Assembly: GCA_027063065.1 (NCBI GenBank)
Contig: JAMOSO010000050.1
Coordinates: 26,243 to 90,242 of the forward strand
Reading direction: 5' to 3'
Length of the DNA: 64,000 nucleotides
DNA from: Planctomycetota bacterium
GTDB taxonomy: Bacteria; Planctomycetota; JAMOSO01
Shown: piece by piece, positions 19,601 to 29,898 of the stretch
Position numbering within the stretch: position 1 is the stretch's first letter
Layout: every line of letters begins with the position of its first letter
Translations under genes and position numbers: made by a program
The notes under the pieces: model-generated
Seen by the model: only the letters and a program-made list of their open reading frames with translations
Databases searched by the model: none
What the model was told of the DNA's origin: nothing

Positions 19601-21007
19601 ATGGCTGATGATTTTAAAGTAGCTGATATGAGCCTCGCAGATTGGGGTCGTAAAGAATTAGACGTTGCCGAGCACGAGATGCCAGGTCTAATGTCTATCC
19701 GCAAAAAATACTCTGCGGACAAACCTCTTAAAGGAGTACGCATAATGGGGTCATTACATATGACTATCCAAACTGCCGTACTAATAGAAACTTTAGTAGA
19801 ACTTGGCGCCGACGTACGTTGGTGTAGTTGTAATATATTTTCAACACAAGACCACGCCGCCGCTGCCATTGCAAAAACTGGTGTGCCTGTTTTTGCTTGG
19901 AAAGGCGAAACCTTAGAAGAATACTGGGACTGCACTCTTAAAGCTCTAACTTGGCCAGATGGTTCTGGCCCACAATTAATCGTTGATGACGGTGGCGATG
20001 CTACAATTTTAATACATAAAGGCTACGAACTAGAAAACGGTTCTGACTGGGTAAACGAAGATTCTGAAAGCCACGAAGAAAGCGTTATTAAAGCTCTTCT
20101 TAAAAAAGTACATGCCGACAATAATGGAAAATGGCATAAAGTTGTTGCCGAGTGGAAAGGTGTATCAGAAGAAACCACCACTGGTGTTCACCGCTTATAC
20201 CAACGCCTAGAAGAAGGCAAACTACTTGTTCCTGCAATTAATGTAAACGATTCTGTAACTAAATCTAAATTTGATAATTTATATGGTTGTCGCGAATCTT
20301 TAGCCGATGGTATTAAACGAGCTACAGATGTGATGATTGCCGGCAAAGTTGCTGTTGTAATTGGATATGGCGATGTTGGTAAAGGCTGTGCCCAATCAAT
20401 GCGTGGTTTTGGAGCAAGAGTTATAGTAACCGAAATAGACCCGATTTGTGCATTACAAGCGTCAATGGAAGGCTTTGAAGTCGCTACTGTTGAAGATACC
20501 TTAGGTACTGGTGACATATACGTTACTACCACCGGTAATTTTGGCGTCATCACCGCCGAACACATGCTACAAATGAAAGACCAAGCCATAGTTTGTAACA
20601 TTGGACACTTTGATAATGAAATAGAAGTCGATGCCCTTGAAAAAACTAATGGCGTTAAAAAGCTAACTATTAAGCCTCAGGTTGATAGATATACAATGCC
20701 AAATGGAAATTGTATTTATATGCTTGCCGAAGGACGCTTAGTTAATTTAGGCTGCGCCACAGGTCACCCTTCTTTTGTAATGTCAAATTCGTTTGCCAAT
20801 CAAACATTGGCTCAAATAGATTTATGGAACAACAAAGATAAATATGAAGTTGGTGTTTATCGTCTATCTAAAAAATTAGATGAAGAAGTTGCCAGATTAC
20901 ACTTAGAAAAAATTGGTGTTAAATTAACTACACTAAGTAAAAAACAAGCTGATTATATTGGCGTACCTGTCGAAGGCCCTTACAAGCCTGAACATTACCG
21001 CTACTAG
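19601..21007 (+). CDS. ahcY: S-adenosyl-L-homocysteine hydrolase
   Basis: 468 aa including the roughly 40-aa insertion. NAD-binding [10 protein letters not shown] is present, and the C-terminus ends ...YRY. Confidence 0.95.
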   Translation: MADDFKVADMSLADWGRKELDVAEHEMPGLMSIRKKYSADKPLKGVRIMGSLHMTIQTAVLIETLVELGADVRWCSCNIFSTQDHAAAAIAKTGVPVFAWKGETLEEYWDCTLKALTWPDGSGPQLIVDDGGDATILIHKGYELENGSDWVNEDSESHEESVIKALLKKVHADNNGKWHKVVAEWKGVSEETTTGVHRLYQRLEEGKLLVPAINVNDSVTKSKFDNLYGCRESLADGIKRATDVMIAGKVAVVIGYGDVGKGCAQSMRGFGARVIVTEIDPICALQASMEGFEVATVEDTLGTGDIYVTTTGNFGVITAEHMLQMKDQAIVCNIGHFDNEIEVDALEKTNGVKKLTIKPQVDRYTMPNGNCIYMLAEGRLVNLGCATGHPSFVMSNSFANQTLAQIDLWNNKDKYEVGVYRLSKKLDEEVARLHLEKIGVKLTTLSKKQADYIGVPVEGPYKPEHYRY

Positions 21008-21025
21008 AAGTAACAATATATAAAT

Positions 21026-21061
21026 AAAAAAGCCTCTGCAAATTTAACAGAGGCTTTTTTA
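21026..21061. terminator. Bidirectional rho-independent terminator between ahcY and manC
   Basis: aaaaaagcctctg-caaatttaa-cagaggctttttt: an 8-bp stem flanked by an A run and a T run. Confidence 0.8.
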
Positions 21062-21069
21062 TTTATCTC

Positions 21070-22131
21070 TTATAAAATATCCGCACGCCCTTTCAAATCA
21101 ATAGCTTTTAAAGCTTCTTTTATCTTTTGATCACTACTTGCAGGGCAAATCAATAACGCATCTGCAGTATCAACCACAACAGTATCTTGCATATCAATTA
21201 AAACCACCTCTTTATTGGCTGGTACATTAATAATATTATCTGAACTATCAATTAAAATAGCATTGCCATTGGCTACTGCGTTTTTATTTTTATCTTTTAA
21301 ATAATAAGGCCTTACTGCTGACCAACTACCAACATCATCCCAATCAAAATCAGCTTCAACAGTAAAAATTGATTTAACATGCTCCATAATACCAAAATCA
21401 ATGGATATTTTGGGTAAAGTAGCATAAACCTCGGCCAACAATTCATCATTATCAACATCAGACATAATTCTATCTAAACCTACCGAAAGCTTTGGCAAAT
21501 ACATTTTAATTGCATCTAAAATTATAGCTGTCTTCCACAAAAATATACCGCCATTCCAATAATAATTGCCAGAATTTACAAATTGTTCTGCCAATTCTAA
21601 TTGAGGTTTTTCGCAAAATTTATCAACTTTATATACACCTGCTTCTTCCATATCACCACGTTTAATATAACCATACGCTGTCGCAGCAAAAGTGGGCTTT
21701 ATACCAATAGTAATAAATCCTTTTTTATCTTCGGCCAACCTTGCAGCCGTCTTTATAACATTAGCAAAAGATTCAACTGGGTTAATAGAGTGATCTGCTG
21801 GCAATAAACACATAACAGACTCAGAATCAATTAAATGTAGTCGAGCGGCCGCTAAACCCACACAAGCTGATGTATCCCTACCAAAAGGCTCAATAATCAA
21901 TTGTTCAGCTTTAAAATTAGGCACTATCTCAACTATTTTTGCTCCCTGCGATGGGTTAGTACATACAAAAATACGGTCATCTGGCAAAAAACTACGCAAA
22001 CGATTTATTGTCTCTTCTATCATAGACTGTTCAGAAGTAATTGAAATTAACTGCTTTGGCATCTCTCGACGACTAATCGGCCAAAATCTAGTTCCACTAC
22101 CACCCGCCATTATTACTGCATATATATTCAT
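21070..22131 (-). CDS. manC: Mannose-1-phosphate guanylyltransferase (GDP-mannose pyrophosphorylase)
   Basis: The internal start gives MNIYAVIMAGGSGTRFWP. There is a nucleotidyl transferase domain and no PMI domain. Confidence 0.85.
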   Translation of the reverse strand: MNIYAVIMAGGSGTRFWPISRREMPKQLISITSEQSMIEETINRLRSFLPDDRIFVCTNPSQGAKIVEIVPNFKAEQLIIEPFGRDTSACVGLAAARLHLIDSESVMCLLPADHSINPVESFANVIKTAARLAEDKKGFITIGIKPTFAATAYGYIKRGDMEEAGVYKVDKFCEKPQLELAEQFVNSGNYYWNGGIFLWKTAIILDAIKMYLPKLSVGLDRIMSDVDNDELLAEVYATLPKISIDFGIMEHVKSIFTVEADFDWDDVGSWSAVRPYYLKDKNKNAVANGNAILIDSSDNIINVPANKEVVLIDMQDTVVVDTADALLICPASSDQKIKEALKAIDLKGRADIL

Positions 22132-22132
22132 A

Positions 22133-23227
22133 TTATTTCCACCAAATAAAATTTTTAATTTTGCCAGCTTGTTGCGACACACCCCAAACAGAAGAGTACC
22201 CCCTACAATCAATTTGAATCTCTACTGGCTGTTTAGAATTTGTTAATTTTGACTCTGTTATGCCTATGCCTCCCTTAGGAATAGCTCTTTTTACCTCTAA
22301 ATTGCGAATAATTTTAGCCAAGATAACAGCATCTAATCTATCCACTTGACCATCTTTATTAATATCATCCATAACCCCATCATTATCTTCATCAATTATA
22401 AATGTTACAGCATCGCCATAAATATGTCTGCTAAACAAAGATGCACCTTTAACAGACGCATTATATCTAGGCGAACGATACCCTTCTAAGACTTTGATTT
22501 TTTTAGTAATTAATCCTGTTTTTATAAATTTTAAAGTTATTACCCTCAATTTTTCCATAAGTTTAGGACTAATAAAAGCATAAGGCAAATGACTTGTCTG
22601 ACCTATGGAAGAAGGACATAAAAAATCTTTAAGCGCGTAACCTGGAATAATTTCTAACTCTAATAAAGGAGGTGTTACTGCAAACATATATTTTGGTTTC
22701 TGATAATAACGCGCTTTATTTTTAATCCACTTAGGCGCCTGCCTAGAGGATATATCTGGATATGTATAAGTACGCGGGTAAGAATTTAGCACATCTGTAA
22801 AATTAGTCATAACCACCAACAACAGCTTATCTTGCGACTGAATACCAGCCATTTTATAATCTACAACTATTTCAAAAGTACCTGCTTCATTGGGAGCAAC
22901 ACAATCAAAACTTCGCTTAGCCGTAGCTGCAATTTGACCGCCAACATTAATCCAATGATCTGGAAAACTAACATTCACAAAAGGTAGTCTTGTTCGACTT
23001 TGTCTTGTGCCAATTAAAATATTAAATTCTTGATTAGGATATAAAAAATACACACCGTTATTTTCTAATCTTAAAGTAAGAGATGTTTTAGCATCCTTAA
23101 GCTGAAACCAAATTCCACCTGATTTCTTAACTGGACTTTGCACAAGCAGCACTATGCTTACAATCAAAAGCCCCACTATCAAAGCTAACCCCGTATGATG
23201 TTTCCAAGTCATAAATGAATTGTACAT
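22133..23227 (-). CDS. Hypothetical signal-anchored protein with a dockerin/EF-hand-like Ca-binding repeat
   Basis: N-terminal TM helix. DEDNDGVMDDINKDGQVDRLDAVILAKII resembles the dockerin DxNxDGxxD repeat. Its stop abuts the manC start. Confidence 0.5.
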   Translation of the reverse strand: MYNSFMTWKHHTGLALIVGLLIVSIVLLVQSPVKKSGGIWFQLKDAKTSLTLRLENNGVYFLYPNQEFNILIGTRQSRTRLPFVNVSFPDHWINVGGQIAATAKRSFDCVAPNEAGTFEIVVDYKMAGIQSQDKLLLVVMTNFTDVLNSYPRTYTYPDISSRQAPKWIKNKARYYQKPKYMFAVTPPLLELEIIPGYALKDFLCPSSIGQTSHLPYAFISPKLMEKLRVITLKFIKTGLITKKIKVLEGYRSPRYNASVKGASLFSRHIYGDAVTFIIDEDNDGVMDDINKDGQVDRLDAVILAKIIRNLEVKRAIPKGGIGITESKLTNSKQPVEIQIDCRGYSSVWGVSQQAGKIKNFIWWK

Positions 23228-23374
23228 AATAATATATAAAAATGAATTGAATAATTAGTATCTTCCAATCAAAATTAATTTAAAAATTATCTAAATTAAT
23301 AGTTTTTAAAAAACTCAATTGTTCAACCAACCTAATTTCTTTATTATATACGCTCTGATTTTAAGGAATTTCAA

Positions 23375-24574
23375 ATGAATAGCATTAAAGAAGCCATTGA
23401 AGCAATCAAAAATGGTGAGATAATAGTTGTTGTAGATAATGAGGATCGTGAAAACGAAGGTGACTTGGTGATGGCTGCCGAAAAGGCAACCCCTGAGGCA
23501 ATTAATTTTATGGCGACCCACGGGCGTGGGTTAATTTGTTTGCCATTAACTGCTGAAAAAATTCATCAACTACATATACCGATGATGACAAGCGAAAATC
23601 AGTGCCCATTAGGCACCGCATTTACAGTGTCTATCGAAGCTCGTAAAGGCACCACAACAGGCATTTCTGCCGCAGAAAGATGCCTAACAGTACAAACAGC
23701 TATTAAACCAGATGCAAAACCACAAGACATAATATCACCTGGACATATCTTTCCACTTCGTGCTACAAATGGTGGAGTATTAAGACGTGCTGGCCATACA
23801 GAAGCAGCAATTGATTTAGCAAAATTAGCTGGCTTAAATCCCTCTGGTTTAATATGCGAAATCATGAACGATGATGGTAGCATGGCTAGATTGCCAGATT
23901 TAGAAAAATACGTTATCAAACATAATCTTAAACTTATTAGTATTGCAGATTTAATAAGTTATCGATTAGAAACAGAAACTATCATCCAACCAGATGCTGT
24001 TGTAACATTACCCACAAAATTTGGCGAATTTAAAATGCACCTATATATTGGGCCAGATGGCAAAGAACATATTGCCATGACTATGGGACTAGATGGCAAA
24101 ACAACACAAGAGCCAACATTGATACGAGTACATTCTGAATGTTTGACTGGTGATTTATTTGGCTCTTTAAGATGTGATTGTCAATCACAACTGCACGCAG
24201 CACTAAAAGCTGTGGCAAAAGAAGGACGCGGAGCTGTTATTTATATGCGTCAAGAAGGACGCGGTATAGGTTTAGCTGCTAAAATGAAAGCGTATAACCT
24301 ACAAGATCAAGGGCGAGATACTGTAGAAGCCAATGAAGATTTAGGTTTTAAAGCCGATTTACGCGATTACGGCATTGGTGCGCAAATTATAAGTAACTTA
24401 GGATTGAGAAAATTAAAATTATTAACTAATAATCCTAAAAAAATTATTGGTATAGAAGCCTATGGGCTTGAGGTGGTTCAAAGAGTGCCTATTGAAATCG
24501 AACCCCACGAATGTAATCTAAATTATTTAAAGACTAAAAAAGAGCGCATGGGACATATCATGCGACATATATAA
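23375..24574 (+). CDS. ribBA: Bifunctional 3,4-dihydroxy-2-butanone-4-phosphate synthase / GTP cyclohydrolase II
   Basis: DBPS motifs ([11 protein letters not shown]) plus a GCH-II zinc motif (CLTGD...CDCQ). Confidence 0.95.
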   Translation: MNSIKEAIEAIKNGEIIVVVDNEDRENEGDLVMAAEKATPEAINFMATHGRGLICLPLTAEKIHQLHIPMMTSENQCPLGTAFTVSIEARKGTTTGISAAERCLTVQTAIKPDAKPQDIISPGHIFPLRATNGGVLRRAGHTEAAIDLAKLAGLNPSGLICEIMNDDGSMARLPDLEKYVIKHNLKLISIADLISYRLETETIIQPDAVVTLPTKFGEFKMHLYIGPDGKEHIAMTMGLDGKTTQEPTLIRVHSECLTGDLFGSLRCDCQSQLHAALKAVAKEGRGAVIYMRQEGRGIGLAAKMKAYNLQDQGRDTVEANEDLGFKADLRDYGIGAQIISNLGLRKLKLLTNNPKKIIGIEAYGLEVVQRVPIEIEPHECNLNYLKTKKERMGHIMRHI

Positions 24575-24582
24575 AGGCTATT

Positions 24583-25068
24583 ATGTCAGAAACTAAACTT
24601 ACCAATGTATACTCTGGTTCGCTTGCTACCCCAACAGGTAAATTTGCAATAGTATGTGCCAGATTCAACACACCTGTAACTATGAGTTTATTTAATGCTG
24701 CTAAAGAAACATTATTAAACCATGGAGTATCCCCAGAAAACATCAGTGAAGCATGGGTGCCAGGCGCTTATGAAATTCCTTTAATTGCACAAAAATTTGC
24801 GTCTAAAAAAGACTATTCTGCCGTAATTTGTCTAGGGGCTGTAATAAAAGGAGACACTCCTCATTTTGACTTTGTAGCTGGAGAAAGTGCTAAAGGCATA
24901 ATGGATATAGGTTTAAAATATTCCAAACCTATAATTTTTGGAATACTAACCGTCAATACACAAGAACAAGCTTGGGAACGAGCTACATGGGAAAGTGGCA
25001 ACAAAGGTAGCGAATCTGCCCTAACTGCCATTGAAATGGTAAATTTAATAAGCAGAATAGATACGTGA
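24583..25068 (+). CDS. ribH: 6,7-dimethyl-8-ribityllumazine synthase
   Basis: 161 aa. ARFN..V, plus WVPGAYEIP. Confidence 0.9.
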   Translation: MSETKLTNVYSGSLATPTGKFAIVCARFNTPVTMSLFNAAKETLLNHGVSPENISEAWVPGAYEIPLIAQKFASKKDYSAVICLGAVIKGDTPHFDFVAGESAKGIMDIGLKYSKPIIFGILTVNTQEQAWERATWESGNKGSESALTAIEMVNLISRIDT

Positions 25069-25805
25069 TTGCTTTAATTTCAGACATTCACTCAAACATA
25101 GAAGCTCTTAGTGCTGTACTTGAAGACATCAAGTCACGCGATATAGATAAAATATACTGTTTAGGTGATGTTATTGGCTATGGCCCCAACCCAAAAGAAT
25201 GTTTGGAACTAGCAAAGCATTTTGATGTTTGCCTAATGGGCAATCACGAATACGCCGTCTTATATGGCGCTGAAAACTTTAATCCACGAGCCGCTAAAGC
25301 AATCGATTGGACTAGAGCTCAATTATTTGAAAAAAATGAAACAGGCAAAAACAATTTACAGTTTATTAAATCTTTAAAACAAATTTACGTCGAAGGTGAT
25401 TTAACCATGGTACACGCATCGCCTAGACAACCAATTAAAGAATACCTATTACCTGCCGATATACGCAATCCAACCAAATTAGACGCAAACTTTGCTTTAT
25501 TTGATCGCGTTTGCATTACGGGACATACTCACCACCCTGGAGTATTTTTACCAGGATACTCTTTTGAAAAACCATCAGATATAATGAATATTTATATGCT
25601 TGATTCCGACGAAAGAGCCATTTTAAATGTTGGTTCAGTTGGACAAAGTAGAGATGGCAATAATGACGCATGCTATGCAACCTTTGACGGTGATGCCATT
25701 GTGTTTAGAAGAGTAAAATATGACTTTATGACTACTATGAAAAAAATCAGAGCCATAAATCTATTAGACAATTCCCTAGCTGACCGCTTGGCAGCTGGGC
25801 GATAA
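25065..25805 (+). CDS. Metallophosphoesterase (YfcE/MJ0936-like)
   Basis: Motifs GDVIGYGP, GNHE and GHTH. Its start overlaps the ribH stop (ATGA). Confidence 0.75.
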   Translation: MIALISDIHSNIEALSAVLEDIKSRDIDKIYCLGDVIGYGPNPKECLELAKHFDVCLMGNHEYAVLYGAENFNPRAAKAIDWTRAQLFEKNETGKNNLQFIKSLKQIYVEGDLTMVHASPRQPIKEYLLPADIRNPTKLDANFALFDRVCITGHTHHPGVFLPGYSFEKPSDIMNIYMLDSDERAILNVGSVGQSRDGNNDACYATFDGDAIVFRRVKYDFMTTMKKIRAINLLDNSLADRLAAGR

Positions 25806-25824
25806 TTATAGGGCGCGAATACGG

Positions 25825-26949
25825 GTGCGCCGTCCAGACTTTACCGACATTGATTGGTTGTTAATGCTGGCTGTTTTTGCCGCCGTTACCATGGGAGTGG
25901 TGTTTATATGGAGTGCCTCGCACAACCCTGACGGCACTGTAAGCATGCGAGCTCCTATCAAACAATGTATATGGGCAACAGTAGGTTTTATAATTTTTTT
26001 AATTACTGCAAGAATTGATTATAACCTTTTTAGACGCTATGGATTTTTTATATTTATAAGCAATGTTATAATTTTAGGATTATTATTTACACCTTTAGGT
26101 TCTGAAGTAAATAATTCACGTGCATGGATTCGCATTGGAGGATTTTCTATTCAACCATCTGAATTTATGAAACTATCCTTAATTATTGGTATGAGTCGCT
26201 ACCTTATGCGAGAGAAAAACCTCCACTCAGCGCCTCATCTTATTATGCCTATATTAATAATGGCAGTTCCAATTGCTTTAATTTTAAAGCAACCTGACTT
26301 AGGAACAGCAATTACATTGCTACCTATTTTTTGTGCAATTATGTACATAGGTGGAGTATCTCGCAAACATTTGTTTATGTCTTTTTTTGCATTTATTGGT
26401 TTGGCTCTAACTATGTGGTTTGGCAATATTATGACGGACTATCAAAAAAGGCGTATATTTGCATTTTTAAATCCAGATGAATACCGTGTCGATGAAGCTT
26501 ATCAATTAATTCAATCCAAAATAGCTATTGGATCGGGTGGTTTTTGGGGAATGGGTATCGGAGAAGGCTATCAAAATCGCTTTGGATACCTGCCAACTGT
26601 AACAAAAAATAATGATTTTATTTTTGCAGTAATTGCTGAAGAATCTGGCTTTATTGGCATCACATTTTTAACCGTCTTATTTCTCATAATCGGGCTTGCC
26701 ATCGCCTCAACTGCCATAAAAACCAGAGAACCATTTGCTAGATTATTTTGTATGGGCGTTTTTGGATGGATTATGGGGCAATTTTTTGTCAATTGCGGTG
26801 TAGCGCTAGGATTATTGCCAACAACAGGTGTTCCTCTTGTATTTGTATCTTCTGGCGGCTCGTCATTAATTTCAATATTTATAGCTTTAGGTATCGTAAC
26901 CAATATCAGAATTAACAAAAAGTCTTATATTCATTCAACTAAAACCTAA
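25825..26949 (+). CDS. rodA: SEDS-family peptidoglycan glycosyltransferase (RodA/FtsW)
   Basis: About 10 TM helices. The C-terminal GGSS motif of SEDS proteins is present. GTG start. Confidence 0.85.
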   Translation: MRRPDFTDIDWLLMLAVFAAVTMGVVFIWSASHNPDGTVSMRAPIKQCIWATVGFIIFLITARIDYNLFRRYGFFIFISNVIILGLLFTPLGSEVNNSRAWIRIGGFSIQPSEFMKLSLIIGMSRYLMREKNLHSAPHLIMPILIMAVPIALILKQPDLGTAITLLPIFCAIMYIGGVSRKHLFMSFFAFIGLALTMWFGNIMTDYQKRRIFAFLNPDEYRVDEAYQLIQSKIAIGSGGFWGMGIGEGYQNRFGYLPTVTKNNDFIFAVIAEESGFIGITFLTVLFLIIGLAIASTAIKTREPFARLFCMGVFGWIMGQFFVNCGVALGLLPTTGVPLVFVSSGGSSLISIFIALGIVTNIRINKKSYIHSTKT

Positions 26950-26987
26950 ATTATATTTTAAACTGTCAGCTCAACGAACTGCAAATA

Positions 26988-28202
26988 TCATGTGATTTTG
27001 CACGATTGCACTTGGTTTCGTCCCTGTTCCTTAGCTTTATACAACGCCTCATCTGCATTCTTTACTATAATGTCTGGTTCAAATACAGTACCTCCTTCCG
27101 TACTTGACACACCAATACTCAAAGTTACAACTCCTGCTGGTAAGGAATGCTTATTAGAAATATTCATTTTTTCAATAGCAGCTCTAATTATCTCAGCTAC
27201 ATATACTGCATTATCAAGAGATGTATTTGGCAACAAAACAATAAATTCTTCACCTCCATAACGGGCACAGAAATCACTTGGTCTTTTAAGACATTCTTTT
27301 ATCTTTTTAGCAACTTTTTGCAAACATGCATCTCCATCAACATGGCCATAAGTATCATTATACATTTTGAAATTATCTATATCACACATAAATACAGACA
27401 ATGGTTCTTGACTCCTACGACTACGCCCAATTTCTTTTAATAAAGTTTCTGAAAAACTGCGACGATTTGGAATGCCAGTCAAAGCATCAATTACAGCCTG
27501 CTGTTGCATTACTTGATAAGCTTGAGTTATTTTTTTGCCAGCAACGACTATGCCCAATACACCTACAAAAGCAATCAAAATATGCCCTACCAAAAGAGAT
27601 AATAGTGGAATATGCATCACAAAAGGCAATGTAACGCTAATACCACCTCTGACATCACCTTCCTTATAACCCTGCCATTGATGACATTTTAAACAAGACT
27701 TTTGAGTAATTAAAGGAGCCATATAAAAATAATAATTTTTCCCTCCTTTTTGAAAAAATATTCCTTTTTCTTTTACACCTTGTTCAAATTTTTGTAAGAA
27801 ATCTTTTTCTATTGCAATAGGTTTGTTTTGCGGACGAATAGGCTTAAGACTGGTAATATGAAATTGTATCCCATCACGTTCTTGGGCTACTTCAGAAATC
27901 TGTCGAGTCATAAATGCAGGGTTTATCTTCGTTAGAGTTACATTATCATTTACCTTGATATCTCTCATCGGCACATCAAGGTATGGATTTGGTAATGTAT
28001 TTTTTGTAACCTTAGCATACAAACCGCCATGACGTGCATTCCATGTGCGAGTTATTACAACTTGATCAAAAAAACTTCTTGCTGTTTGCAAAGCAATATT
28101 TTCTTGGCCGTTTTTTGCGCTGTTATAACTCCATAAAAAAGACCCTATAATCAACAACAACCATGACAAAACAGCAATAATGAGTAACTTTTGAGATTTC
28201 AT
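26988..28202 (-). CDS. Diguanylate cyclase (GGDEF) with a periplasmic heme-c (CXXCH) sensor domain of the Tll0287/DUF3365 type
   Basis: Architecture is TM1, a periplasmic domain of about 175 aa ending in SCLKCH, TM2, then GGDEF with an intact RYGGEEF active site and an RPSD (RxxD) I-site. Confidence 0.8.
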   Translation of the reverse strand: MKSQKLLIIAVLSWLLLIIGSFLWSYNSAKNGQENIALQTARSFFDQVVITRTWNARHGGLYAKVTKNTLPNPYLDVPMRDIKVNDNVTLTKINPAFMTRQISEVAQERDGIQFHITSLKPIRPQNKPIAIEKDFLQKFEQGVKEKGIFFQKGGKNYYFYMAPLITQKSCLKCHQWQGYKEGDVRGGISVTLPFVMHIPLLSLLVGHILIAFVGVLGIVVAGKKITQAYQVMQQQAVIDALTGIPNRRSFSETLLKEIGRSRRSQEPLSVFMCDIDNFKMYNDTYGHVDGDACLQKVAKKIKECLKRPSDFCARYGGEEFIVLLPNTSLDNAVYVAEIIRAAIEKMNISNKHSLPAGVVTLSIGVSSTEGGTVFEPDIIVKNADEALYKAKEQGRNQVQSCKIT

Positions 28203-28478
28203 ATTATATTATCCAATAAAACACCTAACTTTTTAACGCGGTAAAACTGTGTATTTATCCATTATAAACAACAAGTACCAAGCGATAAGTAAATATTATA
28301 CACTTTAAATAATTTGTATAGCACAAAATATAATAACATACACATAAAGCAACGATATCTACTTGTGCATATTTACATCACATAAAAGACCACGAAAAAT
28401 CTTCTATTGTCAAACCAGGTTGTTAATTAACTTTTTATTTTTAGGATATCTTCTCAAATATGATTTAAAAAGCAGACA

Positions 28479-28503
28479 TCTCTACTTTACGGAAAAGTAG
28501 AGA
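28479..28503. promoter_or_regulatory. 10-bp perfect inverted repeat (tctctacttt-acgga-aaagtagaga) in the divergent GGDEF / gmk intergenic region
   Basis: Read directly from the sequence. It lies between the 11-bp inverted repeats at 28404-28414 and 28518-28528. Confidence 0.5.
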
Positions 28504-28577
28504 CATTTTAACTTTGCTTTGACAATAGTCGATATTAAACTTGACGAATAATTTTGATTCTCTAGGATATCTCGACT

Positions 28578-29153
28578 ATGCAACAAGGAAAACTAATTGT
28601 TTTTTCTGGTCCTTCTGGATGTGGTAAAAGTACCGTAGTAGCCGAGTTATGTAGAAAAAATGCGCAGATGATGCCCTCTATTTCCGCAACCACTCGTGCC
28701 CCAAGGGGTAATGAGCAACATGGAAAAGAGTATTTTTTTCTCAAACGTAAGGAATTTGAAGCTGAAATAGCAGATGATGCCTTTTTAGAATACGCTGAAG
28801 TATTTGGCAACTATTACGGAACTAAATGGCGTTGGTTGGCTGAAGAATGGGAAAAAGGAACTTGGATATTATTGGACATTGACGTCCAAGGCGCAATGCA
28901 AATTCGCGAAAAAGCAGGTGATGCTTTGCTAATTTTTATTGCACCTCCCAGTATGGAAATTTTACGCCAAAGACTTGAAAACCGTCAAACAGAAAGTGCT
29001 GAAAAAATACAAATGCGTTTAGCAGAAGCTCAACGCGAGTTAGAGTTTTCTGAAAAATATGATGCAGTAGTTATAAATGATAAACTTGAAGAAACTGTTC
29101 TTCAAATTGAAAATATTTTAAAACAACGGTTTAACAACCAATTAACGGAGTAG
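28578..29153 (+). CDS. gmk: Guanylate kinase
   Basis: GPSGCGKST P-loop. 191 aa. Confidence 0.92.
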   Translation: MQQGKLIVFSGPSGCGKSTVVAELCRKNAQMMPSISATTRAPRGNEQHGKEYFFLKRKEFEAEIADDAFLEYAEVFGNYYGTKWRWLAEEWEKGTWILLDIDVQGAMQIREKAGDALLIFIAPPSMEILRQRLENRQTESAEKIQMRLAEAQRELEFSEKYDAVVINDKLEETVLQIENILKQRFNNQLTE

Positions 29154-29156
29154 TCG

Positions 29157-29366
29157 ATGCTTGATTACGATATTGATGTATTAGTAAACAAAGTTGGCGG
29201 AGTATTCGCCCTAAGCGTTTTAGTAAAAAGACGTGTTCACATGCTTGTTAAAGGCGCCACCCCTTTAGTAGAAGTAAAACGTGGCATGGAGCCTTACGAA
29301 ATTGCCCTAGAAGAAATCTCGCAAGACAAGGTAGCCTACGACGGCGACCCTTACGCAAATTTCTAA
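29157..29366 (+). CDS. rpoZ: DNA-directed RNA polymerase subunit omega
   Basis: 69 aa. Sits between gmk and dut in the conserved gmk-rpoZ position, with an RpoZ-like central helix. Confidence 0.7.
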   Translation: MLDYDIDVLVNKVGGVFALSVLVKRRVHMLVKGATPLVEVKRGMEPYEIALEEISQDKVAYDGDPYANF

Positions 29367-29373
29367 ACAAAAG

Positions 29374-29820
29374 ATGCAAATTCAAATAACACAAACTTCA
29401 TCTGCCAGCGATTTACCACTACCCGCATATATGAGTAAAGATGCTGCAGGCATGGATTTAGTCGCTGCAATTGAAGACAGTATTGTTTTAAAAAAAGGTG
29501 AAATAAAATTAATACCTACAGGATTGTGTATAGCAATTCCAAGTGGATATGAAGCACAAATACGTCCGCGCAGTGGACTAGCTTATAAACACGGAATTAC
29601 TTTACCAAACAGTCCAGGCACTATTGATGCAGATTACCGAGGTGAAATCGGTGTGATAATTGCCAATTATGGTTCAGAAGATTTTACCATAACACGTGGT
29701 ATGCGCATTGCACAAATGGTTATTAATAAAGTAGAAATAATAAATTGGGAATTAGTTGAAGAACTATCCGAAACCGCACGAGCTCAAGGTGGGTTTGGCT
29801 CAACTGGAAAAAGTTCTTAA
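29374..29820 (+). CDS. dut: dUTP diphosphatase
   Basis: Motifs [21 protein letters not shown] and GGFGSTG. Confidence 0.93.
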   Translation: MQIQITQTSSASDLPLPAYMSKDAAGMDLVAAIEDSIVLKKGEIKLIPTGLCIAIPSGYEAQIRPRSGLAYKHGITLPNSPGTIDADYRGEIGVIIANYGSEDFTITRGMRIAQMVINKVEIINWELVEELSETARAQGGFGSTGKSS

Positions 29821-29843
29821 CCAAATTATTTCTAATAGACCTT

Positions 29844-29868
29844 GCCATCAATCCCGTATTGATGGCAT
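29844..29868 (+). terminator. Hairpin after dut. Possible weak terminator.
   Basis: tgccatcaat-cccgt-attgatggca: a 10-bp perfect stem followed by tattgtaaatat. Confidence 0.4.
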
Positions 29869-29898
29869 ATTGTAAATATACATTGGCCGACCTACATA

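Noticed and set aside
19561..20601. Minus-strand ORFs 19561..19935 and 20188..20601 inside ahcY
   Set aside because: Antisense to a highly conserved ahcY. Not supported.
23228..23374. Possible FMN riboswitch upstream of ribBA
   Set aside because: The gap is only 147 nt, very AT-rich, and lacks the conserved GGG/CCC-containing RFN core. The minus-strand ORF 23315..23521 here is also spurious.
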